Below are positions 35,116 to 45,249 of a stretch of DNA of 64,000 bases, piece after piece. Source of the DNA: Strigamia acuminata (Eukaryota); assembly GCA_949358305.1 (NCBI GenBank), contig OX442314.1:1178001-1242000 (forward strand), written 5' to 3'. A program made the position numbers and the translations under genes. The first letter of the stretch is position 1; each line of letters starts with the position of its first letter. The notes beneath the pieces were generated by a model. That model was given only the letters and a program-made list of their open reading frames with translations, did no database searches and was not told the DNA's origin.

Positions 35116-37631
35116 CTGCCCCCGCAACTGAAGGTTGTATTTCCAAGTTCACGAGACGCTGGATGGGGCGCCTCAACTTGGTTCCGTCAGCGAGAACTAA
35201 TTCGCAAGAAAGAATTTTTCCATCTCTTCCCTCTCGAACCTCCGTAACGCGACCCATCTTCCATTGGAGGCGTGGTTTGAATTGTTCTTCCACAATGACG
35301 ACGTCATTCAACTTTAAGGTATTTTCACTCTCTTTGCCAAATTGGGTTTTCAAGTCGGTGAGGTATTCTTTACACCACCGTGTCCAAAACGAGAAAAGAG
35401 TTTTTTGTCGATAACGCCACTGCTTTACAAACTTCTCCTGAGTCGGCTCTTGAGTCGGTCAAATAACTGGCGTCCGGAAGCGAGGTGATTTTTTCTCCAG
35501 TTAAAAAGTGCGCTGGGGTGAGTGCTTCGGGCTCGTTGGGCGAATCATACACGTAAGTCATTGGTCTTCGATTGATGACGGCTTCGACTTGGGTGAGGAG
35601 TGTATTTAATTGGAAGAAATTGAGGGAAGCGGATCCAATAACTTTTTTCAAACTGGCTTTGACGGTTTTAACCATCCGCTCCCAGAATCCCCCTTGCCAC
35701 GGTGCATACTCCACAATAAATGTCCATTTTATGCCCTTGTTGCCTAAATAGGCACGAAACGAATTGTCTTTAGTATTTCTCAACAGGGCACTTAGTTCTT
35801 TGTCTGTTCGGTGAAAAGTTGTTCCATTGTCGCTGTAGATCTTTTTGGGAAGCCCTCTGCGGCTAATGAAGCGCTCAAATGCATCAATGAAATCTGGAGT
35901 GTTCAGTGAAGGAACCAATTCGAGGTGGACTGCTCTTATGTTGGCGCACGTAAAAAGCGCAATGTACGCTTTGGTTTTCCTTCCTCGAATGTATATAGGT
36001 CCAGCAAAGTCTATTCCAGTGACTGCAAATGGTTCGCAGCGAGTCACTCTGTCGAATGGTAGTGGGCCCGGTGTCTCTCTCATCAGTCGTCCTTGTATTC
36101 GCTTGCAGGTAACACATTTCTCCAAAATGGACTTCAAGGTTCTCCTTGCGGATGGCGTCCAGTAGGTCTCTCGAAAATATGATAGTGTTGCCGTGAGTCC
36201 GCAATGGAGAACCTGTGAGTGACAAAATGCAAGAATTAGTTTTGTTAAATTGTGTTTTGGGGGTAGGACAATTGGTTGGACTGTTGTGGTTTCATCTTCC
36301 GAGTTGTGCAGTCGAGTTCTCAGTCGCATAACTCCCTCATTGTCAAGAAATGGATTCATCGTCTGGATTTTTGAGTCCGATGTCAATTGCTTTCCGTCTT
36401 TCAATTGTTTCATTTCTATGCCGTATGCTTCGTGCTGTGCGGCGATGATCAATGATTGTTTCGCATGTTTGAGTTCCTCAGCTGTCAATGGGCCTTCTTT
36501 ACGTGTCTGCTTGTTGTTTGGTTTTGTATTGAAGCTGAAACGATGGCACCATGCTGTCACTCGACTGATTGTTGTAAACGAGCTGAAATTGTCAAAGCAA
36601 AAAAGTTTGTTATTTTCTTTTTGAATTGTTTTGACGTGGATTTCATCGATTTCTTCTGTTTCGGAATCGATGTGGAGTTCCATGACATCTTTTGGCCAGT
36701 CAATTGGTTCACTGTGTAGCCATCTTGGACCCTTCCACCATAATTCGTCTGCTATCAGTTCCTTGGCGTCTAAACCTCTCGTCAGTCGATCGGCTGGATT
36801 CTCGGCGCCGGGCACGTGTTTCCATGCATCAACGTGGGATTTTTCCCGAATTTCCATGACTCGGTTGTTGATGAACGTCGGTGCGCGCTTTGATGTGTTG
36901 GTGATCCAATGCAAACAGATCTGCGAATCGGTCCAGAAGTGGGTGGAACTGCACTCGACAACCTCGCGAATTTGATCGGCCAATCGCACTGCCAACAGAG
37001 CTCCAATGAGTTCTAACTTTGGAAGCGTCAGTGGTTTGACTGGGGCGACCCTAGATCGAGAGAAAATAAAAATTACATTTGTTAAATCTTCCCTTCGCCG
37101 TCGGAAATATGCGACTGCGCCATATGCTCTGGGGCTGGCGTCGCAGAACACGTGTAGTTCTGATTTTTCTTGGCCTTCCACTTCCAGGCATCGTGGAATT
37201 TTGAATTGCTTCAAAGTCGGTATTTGGTCGGCCCATTTTTTCCAGATTTGGCGCAGTTCCTCGATCAATTCTTCGTCCCATGGCAAGTTTCGAAGCCAAA
37301 GGGACTGAAAGAAAATTTTTGCTGTGATGGTGAATGGTCCAATGAATCCCAGCGGGTCGAATATTTGGGCTGTGGCTCGTATCACTTCTCGTTTGGTCAG
37401 TTTCTTTGGTGTGTTTACGGAGTCGTCGATGGCCAAGCTTAATTCGTCGGTTTGTGGATTCCATTGCAGTCCCAGTACCGTAGTGAGGCAATCGTTCGTT
37501 TTTTCAGCATCACCGGGTATTTCGCTTCGGAATTTGTCTCGCAACTCGGGTGAGTTGGTTTGCCACTTCACCAGCTCCATGCTAGCTGTTGAAAATATTG
37601 CGCGGGATTGGTGAAACACCCTCAAAGCTTG
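35111..37631 (-). pseudogene. BEL polyprotein C-terminal part (end of RT, Pao RNase H, integrase); frameshift near 35440
   Basis: LHVFCDAS, FWTDS, NPADRLTRG, GIDFAGP, SDNGTTF, GGFWER; QWRYRQ...FWTRWCKEYL continues in another frame. Confidence 0.9.
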
Positions 37632-37970
37632 TGTTGAGTTGTGCTGTAAACTTGTAGAAATAATGGCAAATGTAGTGGATTGGAAAAATGCATCAGGTGA
37701 AAGAAAAACACATCATTTTCACAGGTGTGAATCAAAACATCAAGTGAGCTTTATTCATTGGTCACATGACCTGTTGCATAAAGAGCCACCTGTTGGCGGC
37801 ATACAAACACTGTATGTAAACAATCAACGTGATTATTCACGTTGGCTAAATACAAGCAGCAATATTATACAATACGATAATACGATAAAGATATATATAC
37901 ACGCATATAAAGGGCAACTAATACATATGATATCTTAACAATCGGCCCCCTCGTATTATCCTGCTTCGCA

Positions 37971-38328
37971 TCAAACATGCAGAATGCTCAAATCGATTAA
38001 GAAACGATCGCAAAATTTCACTAAGTCAGTTTTATCGACTGACTTTGTAAAAATGTCCGCATGATTAGACTTCGTGCCCACGTGAAGAATTTGGAGATTA
38101 TCTCTTTTCACAAGCTCCCTTATAAAATGGTAACGGACATCAATGTGCTTTGTTTTCCTATTTTCAATACAAGACTTTGTAAAGTCTACTGTCGAAATGT
38201 TATCGCACATGACGTGATGAGGGAAATCATTTGCCAACGCAGGAGAAATTTCGTGCAGGACACGAACAATCCAGATATAGTCCTTAACAGTCTCTGTCAG
38301 GGCTACGTATTCTGCCTCCATCGTAGAC
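37971..38328 (-). pseudogene. Copia A RNase H C-terminal fragment
   Basis: STMEAEYVAL, CDN, TKHIDVRYHFIRE, ADIFTK; joins RNVTL at ~45250 once Copia B is removed. Confidence 0.92.
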
Positions 38329-38333
38329 AGTGT

Positions 38334-41300
38334 TGTTGGTTTGCGATGAATTATTTGCGATAATCATATTTGTTGTGCATTTCCGAGTAGGCACAATAAG
38401 CGCGTTACTTCATATATTGGTACGAATGGTCAGCCAGTTGATTCTGCTTTTTAAACTACGCTTGTTTCGTACTCCAACTGGCTGTGTCTATGTGATAACG
38501 CGCGTCCCGTCGTCTGCTTGTTAAGCGATGATCGTTTAATTTGGTTTGGTATTGTTTATCCATTACTTTAGTCTTTACGTTGTATTATTGTAAAGAATAA
38601 ATCTATTTGGTTATACTAATAGATTTGTTCTCGTTGTTACTCTGTAACCTTAGTTGAGATCAAATAGCCTCAACCCAGATCACTTGTTTTTATGCTTTCA
38701 TGGTGAATAAAGATGGCGGTCGCGTGTTGCGAACTAACCGCACTTTATAATCGGTTTGCAAGTTATTTCCGCATGCTCCAGGTCCAAATACGCTCTTCAA
38801 ATGGTAGCAGAGGATCGGCGACGACCAGCGCCGGCCAATTTTAGAAGAATTGAAGAGAAACGGACATTTTTCCGACTACGAGAAGTCGCAAAGTGCGCGC
38901 CCGCCCAATTCGTCGTGAAAACGAATTTTCGGTGCGGCAAACGTCTGGATTACGTGTGCGGACCATTCTGCAAAGGAATAGGATTCCAACGGTGTAAGGA
39001 ATATTTATTTCGAACGATTTAAACTGTATTTTTGCCGATATAACCGGGCTTTCTCGGGCGGCGCCATTTTTGTTGAGCTTCGCTGCAGAATACGGCGAAG
39101 TTAGTGTGTCTACGCGTGTGTACGGACCGGCACACGCACGCCCAACGATTCTACAACGGAATACGTCGACAGGACGGTATTTTGGAGCGAAGAAACGTCC
39201 CAAAACCGTCATTTTTTCGAGAAATCACCGTGAATCGACGATTTTGTTACGGCGGCCATTTTTCGTCAAAAATAGACGGAAAAACGACGATTTGATTCAC
39301 CGAGAAGTCCTGCACACGATAAGCGTGTGTGTGGGCAATTGTTTCCGTATCTCGCACCAGGAAAGCGAGTACGAAGGCGCAGACGGGCGCTACGACGATT
39401 TTCTCCGCGCTTACACGGATGTGTGTACGCGGATTGCACGTCAGCCGATTCCGTGCGAAGACAACGTGAAGCCGACGTTTAATCCAACGTGGGAACCAGT
39501 TACGACGCGTGGAACCCGTAACTGGCCAACTTCACATCAAAAACTGTATTTTTCGAATTTTTCTCGTGAAACTCTGTTATTTATTAAGGTTTTTGTGTTG
39601 GGTCACTTAGAATATTCTGTACCCTTCGGGCAGTCGCCCCAGTACAGTCTCATTCCAGTCTGGGCTTGTCCGTGGCCAACTAGTCGTCCCGCGTCCCCCA
39701 GGTGGGCCGGTCGGAAGCTAGTAGGGCGACCAGATTTGGGTTTTTCATCTCACTTATTGAGGTGCCCCCTTGGGAAGTGTAAAATTATTTCGCCTTCAAT
39801 TTTTGGGGGCAAATTGCTTCTCCGTGCGACATATTCACGTGTATTGTGAATATTTGTGTTTTTCTTCGGAAATTTTGTGATTTAGCGATTTGTGCGTCGT
39901 TTTTCGTCGAATTTTCTCAACATGGCAAGTTGGGATCGCCGGGACGACTATAAGGACGTGGAAAAATTGAATGGAACGAACTATTCGACGTGGAGTGTTC
40001 AAATCCAACTCCTTTTGCAATCATATGGAGTTTGGGGCCACGTGACTGGCAAGGAGAAGCCCTTGCCAGCCACGGCTTCTGCAAAAGAAGTTAGGGAGTT
40101 TGACAAGCGCGAGGAGAAAGCGCGCTCCACCATTTGTCTGGCTTGTGGAAAAGCCCAACAGGTAGTGGCTGTGGCACACGAAGGGGCCAAAGAGGTTTGG
40201 GAAGCGCTCAAAGCTGCTTACCAGCCCACTACCAGGGCACGCAAAGCCCGACTTCGTCGCGAATTTCTCATGTTGAAACTCCATGAGCAAGAGGAAATGA
40301 TGGTTTTCCTAGCCAGAGTCGACAGGAAGGCGCTGGAACTGAAAGACGTCAAAATAGACATTTCCGACGAATTCCTGGCCTTCCAGTACCTGGATCTGCT
40401 GCCACATCAATACGAAACGGTCAAGCAGACGGTCTACCACTGGGGAGACCCGGAATTCACCTCGAAGGCCGTCAAAGAACGTTTATTAGGCGAATATAAT
40501 CGCCTCTACGAGCAAACGGATGAATTTGGTGTTTCATTGGGCACAATTGAGAATACGGGTGCCTATTTCACCAAAGGCAGATGGCAACGTGGCCGGGGGG
40601 GAAATGCCCCCAGTTCTCCACGCGTCTGTTACAACTGTGGCGGAACAAATCACTTCGCCCGGGAATGCTCGTCCCCACCAAAACAGCAACAAGGTGCTAC
40701 GAGAGGAAACCCGACAGGACAGTTCAGCAGGGGCAGTCAACGAGGGAAGAGTCGTGGGAAGAGCCAGCAGACGGCCAACGTCACGCAAATGGACATTTTT
40801 GGCAATTCCCCGGTGTCTTATTTCTCCGCAGCGATTTGCCAAGAACAACCCCCTGTTGTAGTGTCTTTATTGTCGCATGCGAACTACGATTCGCAATGGT
40901 ACGTCGACACAGGTGCGACGGACCACTTTTCGTTCAACAAAACCTGGTTTTCGGACTTTAAACCATTGACTGGTTATTCTGTTCAACAAGGAGACGGAAA
41001 GTCGAAAATCGAAGGCATTGGAAATGTGACTTTAGTTTCGATTAATGGACAACAAACACGTGAACTAACGTTGAAAAACGTTTATTACGCACCCAACTTC
41101 AAAAAGAATTTGATTTCTTTAGGTCGTACGGATGAAGCTGGGGCGACAACCATTGTGAAGAATGGTAAAATGTTTATTTATGATGTGACAATTGATGACC
41201 CTTCTATCACTGCGATCCGTACGAGTGATAGGATGTACAAAGTCAATTGTCGCATTAATGCAAAGAATTCTGTAAACACTGTTGCATTGTCTGCGCAACA

Positions 41301-44300
41301 GAGTGCAACGGTGGCATCTAGTCCACCTTTAGCGGGTGAAGAAATTGTTAAATCTTTACTAACACACGTTGATTTTAGAACCGCATTAACCCAAAATTTG
41401 AGTAAATCAGGGAAACCTGTACCTGCGAGAAAGGGGCAAGCGAAAACTGCGAATACTGCGCCAGCGATCGTTGCAAACAATGCGAGTATGGAAATTTCGA
41501 ATCAACAATCGAGTGTTTTGACCGACACACAGTCTAGCTTAGTAGCCAGCAAGGGCAATAAGCCCAAGGATGCGAAAATTTTGAGAACAATTGTGCAAAA
41601 CAATTTAACAAATGGAAATGGGGTTGTAAATGGAAAGAATGCTTCCATTAAACCAGATAAACCCCAAACGATGGACATCTGGCACTCTCGTATGGGACAC
41701 CTTAATGCAAAGGGAATTGCATTGTTAAACAAATCTACTGAAGTGTTTGGTTTGAAGTTGTCCAACACGGAATTGTCGAGTTGTGATGCTTGTTCGAGGG
41801 CGAAAAGCACACGTGCCAGTTTTCCCCCCATTGCGACCATTTCGACCAAAGGGATTTTAGAAATCGTCCATTTAGACGTGTGGGGCCCTTCACCAGTTAA
41901 GAGCATAGGTGGGGCGTACTACTATTTGGTCATGGTCGATGACTTCTCACGATTGATGTGGATCGTGATTATGAAGAAAAAGAGCGAAGTTTTGGGCCAT
42001 TTTAAGAAGTGGTTAACCGAAATTGAAAGAACGACTTCTAGGAAAGTCAAGTCGATCAAAACTGACAATGGAGGGGAATTCGTATCCAAACAATGGGATG
42101 AATATGCCGGTAGCATTGGGCTGAAGTGTATGCGGACGAACGCATACAGCCCTGAGATGAACTCCATCGCTGAAAGAACGAACCGTACCATTCTCGGTGG
42201 AATTAGAGCTTTAATGATTGAAAATAGTCTTCCTTCATCCCTGTGGGCAGAACTCGCAGTTTCTGTCGTTTACTTAAAGAACCGGTTTCCGCATGCGGGA
42301 TTGGGTGGGAGGACACCTTATAATGTGTTTTTCAACAAGAAATTATCCCTACGACATGTCAAATGCATTGGTGCTTTGACTTATGTGCATATCCCTTCGC
42401 AGACAAGGGCTGGGAAGTTACAAGAGAGAGCATGGGCGGGGGCCTTAGTTGGATATGCCTCTTCCACCCGTGGTTATCGGATTTGGGATCCGAACAAAAA
42501 CCAAGTTTTTCTCTCAAAACACGTTAAAATTTTGGAACAGAATTTCTGGTACGAGAAAGTAAAGAATCCCCAATCTGGCCCATCACCTGCTACTGACGAT
42601 TCAGATTTATCAGGCGAAGAGTCTTGTAATGACTCTGACACAGACAGTGTTTATAGCGAACCTATCCCCGAGGAAGAGGTCAAAGTGGTTGAAAAACTCG
42701 TGGAGAGACCCATTCAGGCCAGACCACCTGGGGGACCCGACTATGTAGATGCCATGCAATACATCATTGGAGATATACATGGCCTAAATTTTGATGAAAT
42801 CGGTGGGGCGAAGGGGGATGATAGGGATTTCTTCAATATTTATCCCGACGACGATGAAGGAGAAGTTGAAGAGGAAGTTGAGGACCCAGATGCAAGCCCT
42901 CAATTGTCGCCCCAATCGTCACCCACACCCCCTCGTCGGAACCCGCCTAGAAAAGGGAAAGACACTGGCGAACGCACAGCTTCAACGAGTGACTTGTTGC
43001 CTCTAGATATGACTTTGTGGCAAAGACGGCAGACTGTACGTCAAAGCGGGGCAACAGCTGGGAAAGTTGATGTTTGGTACATCACACCAAAGCACGAGAA
43101 GCTCCGCAGCCGTGTTGAGGTTGTCCGTTGGTGCAAAGCCGAGGGATATGAATATAAATCGGAATTGTTTAACTTCAAAGATGTGACTATCGGTTTTGCT
43201 GGTTGCTGCTCTGTCGAGCCGGACACGTACGAAGAAGCGGTCAAAGGCGCCAGCAAACCTGATTGGGAAAACGCGATGGAAGACGAAATAAATATCTTCA
43301 AAGAGCGTGAGGTTTATGTCGAAGTCGACAAAGACCAAGTTAAAGACAAAACCTTATTGGGATCAAAATGGATATACAAGTTAAAAAGGGATCACACGGG
43401 TACGATTAGAAGATATCGTGCTCGTCTCGTTGCACAAGGCTTCAAGCAGAAGCCAGGCATTGACTTTACTGAGGTATTTTCCCCAGTAGTCAATTTTGTG
43501 TTAGTCATGATGTTCTTCTGTGTCTTAGTGGTACTGAGGGGCTGGCGTGACGTACACCTTGACATTAAGGCCGCATACCTATATGGGGACCTCGACGAAG
43601 TGCAATATATCCACATCCCAAAAGGATATCGAACGACTGAAAACCAACACAAATGTTGGGAATTGAGAAAGTCTCTTTACGGGCTTCATCAGTCTGGTCG
43701 TATGTGGTACCAGCGACTCCACGACCAGCTGATTGAAATTGGATTTGAACCGGTCTTGGGTCTCAATTGCGTGTATAGCTTGGGCACTGACGCTATACTT
43801 ATTTTCTATGTCGATGACATTGTATTGTTTTCAAAAGACAACATAGCAGAGGAGTGCGTTTTGGATTGGATTCAACAATCATTTGAGATTGTCAATTTGG
43901 GCCCCGTCACCCTTTTGTTAGGGATAGAGTTTTGTAGGGACGGGGAGAATATCTTTATTCATCAGCGCGCTTATATTGCAAAGTTGTGTAAGCAATATGG
44001 GATTGACTCTTGTCATCGAGTTAGAGTGCCTGGCACCCCGGGCACCATGATCCAAAAGGTTCAGACGGGGGAACGTGTCAATTCGAGTTTTCCGTATCGG
44101 TCTCTTGTCGGCAGTTTGCTTTTCATCGCAAGTCGTACAAGACCCGATATTTTGTTTTCGGTGATAGTGTTGTCTCAATACAACGAGACTCACTCGACTC
44201 GACACGTGAACATGCTGCTCCAAATCCTGCGATACTTGGGGAACACGCCAAATTTCTCTATCAACTTGGGAAACTGCCAAAGCGAAAATTTGACCGTTTA

Positions 44301-45249
44301 TACGGATGCGTCCTTCGCATTAGACCAGGACAAACGTCGAAGCTTTGGTGGGCACATCATCTACCTGGGAGGTGTCCCAATCTCATGGAACTGCCATAAG
44401 CAGACCATTACAGCACTTTCCATTATGGAAAGCGAATTTTTGGCGGTGGTCGATGGTGTAAAGGAGATAATTTGGTTGGAGCGCATATTTGGTGCGGATG
44501 TGATGATGGATGGGCTCAACCGGGAAATACCATGTGTTTACGCTGATTCAATGCCAGCGATCCAATATGCGAAGAATCGCATAGAAAATCGCGCAAACAA
44601 ACATATTGACGTTAAGTTGCATTTCGTGCGCGACTGGTTTGAAAAAGGTGTTTTTCGAATCAGACATATCCCGGGAACCCTTAATGTAGCCGACCTTATG
44701 ACCAAGTGGCTATCTCGCGCAAAACTAGATGCATTGTGCGAGCATATTTTTGTAGCGGCAAAGTAGTTCATCGAAGGGGGATTTGTTCGTTTGCGATGAA
44801 TTATTTGCGATAATCATATTTGTTGTGCATTTCCGAGTAGGCACAATAAGCGCGTTACTTCATATATTGGTACGAATGGTCAGCCAGTTGATTCTGCTTT
44901 TTAAACTACGCTTGTTTCGTACTCCAACTGGCTGTGTCTATGTGATAACGCGCGTCCCGTCGTCTGCTTGTTAAGCGATGATCGTTTAATTTGGTTTGGT
45001 ATTGTTTATCCATTACTTTAGTCTTTACGTTGTATTATTGTAAAGAATAAATCTATTTGGTTATACTAATAGATTTGTTCTCGTTGTTACTCTGTAACCT
45101 TAGTTGAGATCAAATAGCCTCAACCCAGATCACTTGTTTTTATGCTTTCATGGTGAATAAAGATGGCGGTCGCGTGTTGCGAACTAACCGCACTTTATAA
45201 TCGGTTTGCAAGTTATTTCCGCATGCTCCAGGTCCAAATACGCTCTTCA
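38334..45249 (+). mobile_element. Complete Ty1/Copia element B with MBD-like domain (potentially active)
   Basis: 466-bp LTRs 38334-38799 and 44784-45249 with one mismatch seen (position 5); AGTGT TSD; tRNA-iMet PBS TGGTAGCAGAGGAT at 38802; PPT GAAGGGGGA. Confidence 0.96.
39922..44766 (+). CDS. Copia B Gag-Pol polyprotein (Gag, CCHC, PR, IN, MBD-like, RT, RNase H), intact
   Basis: CYNCGGTNHFAREC, WYVDTGA, WHSRMGH, TDNGGEF, RARLVAQGF, YVDD, YTDAS, KHIDV; MBD-like segment at ~43000-43180. Confidence 0.95.
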   Translation: MASWDRRDDYKDVEKLNGTNYSTWSVQIQLLLQSYGVWGHVTGKEKPLPATASAKEVREFDKREEKARSTICLACGKAQQVVAVAHEGAKEVWEALKAAYQPTTRARKARLRREFLMLKLHEQEEMMVFLARVDRKALELKDVKIDISDEFLAFQYLDLLPHQYETVKQTVYHWGDPEFTSKAVKERLLGEYNRLYEQTDEFGVSLGTIENTGAYFTKGRWQRGRGGNAPSSPRVCYNCGGTNHFARECSSPPKQQQGATRGNPTGQFSRGSQRGKSRGKSQQTANVTQMDIFGNSPVSYFSAAICQEQPPVVVSLLSHANYDSQWYVDTGATDHFSFNKTWFSDFKPLTGYSVQQGDGKSKIEGIGNVTLVSINGQQTRELTLKNVYYAPNFKKNLISLGRTDEAGATTIVKNGKMFIYDVTIDDPSITAIRTSDRMYKVNCRINAKNSVNTVALSAQQSATVASSPPLAGEEIVKSLLTHVDFRTALTQNLSKSGKPVPARKGQAKTANTAPAIVANNASMEISNQQSSVLTDTQSSLVASKGNKPKDAKILRTIVQNNLTNGNGVVNGKNASIKPDKPQTMDIWHSRMGHLNAKGIALLNKSTEVFGLKLSNTELSSCDACSRAKSTRASFPPIATISTKGILEIVHLDVWGPSPVKSIGGAYYYLVMVDDFSRLMWIVIMKKKSEVLGHFKKWLTEIERTTSRKVKSIKTDNGGEFVSKQWDEYAGSIGLKCMRTNAYSPEMNSIAERTNRTILGGIRALMIENSLPSSLWAELAVSVVYLKNRFPHAGLGGRTPYNVFFNKKLSLRHVKCIGALTYVHIPSQTRAGKLQERAWAGALVGYASSTRGYRIWDPNKNQVFLSKHVKILEQNFWYEKVKNPQSGPSPATDDSDLSGEESCNDSDTDSVYSEPIPEEEVKVVEKLVERPIQARPPGGPDYVDAMQYIIGDIHGLNFDEIGGAKGDDRDFFNIYPDDDEGEVEEEVEDPDASPQLSPQSSPTPPRRNPPRKGKDTGERTASTSDLLPLDMTLWQRRQTVRQSGATAGKVDVWYITPKHEKLRSRVEVVRWCKAEGYEYKSELFNFKDVTIGFAGCCSVEPDTYEEAVKGASKPDWENAMEDEINIFKEREVYVEVDKDQVKDKTLLGSKWIYKLKRDHTGTIRRYRARLVAQGFKQKPGIDFTEVFSPVVNFVLVMMFFCVLVVLRGWRDVHLDIKAAYLYGDLDEVQYIHIPKGYRTTENQHKCWELRKSLYGLHQSGRMWYQRLHDQLIEIGFEPVLGLNCVYSLGTDAILIFYVDDIVLFSKDNIAEECVLDWIQQSFEIVNLGPVTLLLGIEFCRDGENIFIHQRAYIAKLCKQYGIDSCHRVRVPGTPGTMIQKVQTGERVNSSFPYRSLVGSLLFIASRTRPDILFSVIVLSQYNETHSTRHVNMLLQILRYLGNTPNFSINLGNCQSENLTVYTDASFALDQDKRRSFGGHIIYLGGVPISWNCHKQTITALSIMESEFLAVVDGVKEIIWLERIFGADVMMDGLNREIPCVYADSMPAIQYAKNRIENRANKHIDVKLHFVRDWFEKGVFRIRHIPGTLNVADLMTKWLSRAKLDALCEHIFVAAK

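Noticed and set aside
39070..39849. 259-aa ORF in the Copia B leader
   Set aside because: Non-ATG start, no recognisable motif, lies in a CpG-rich leader; unsupported without conservation data
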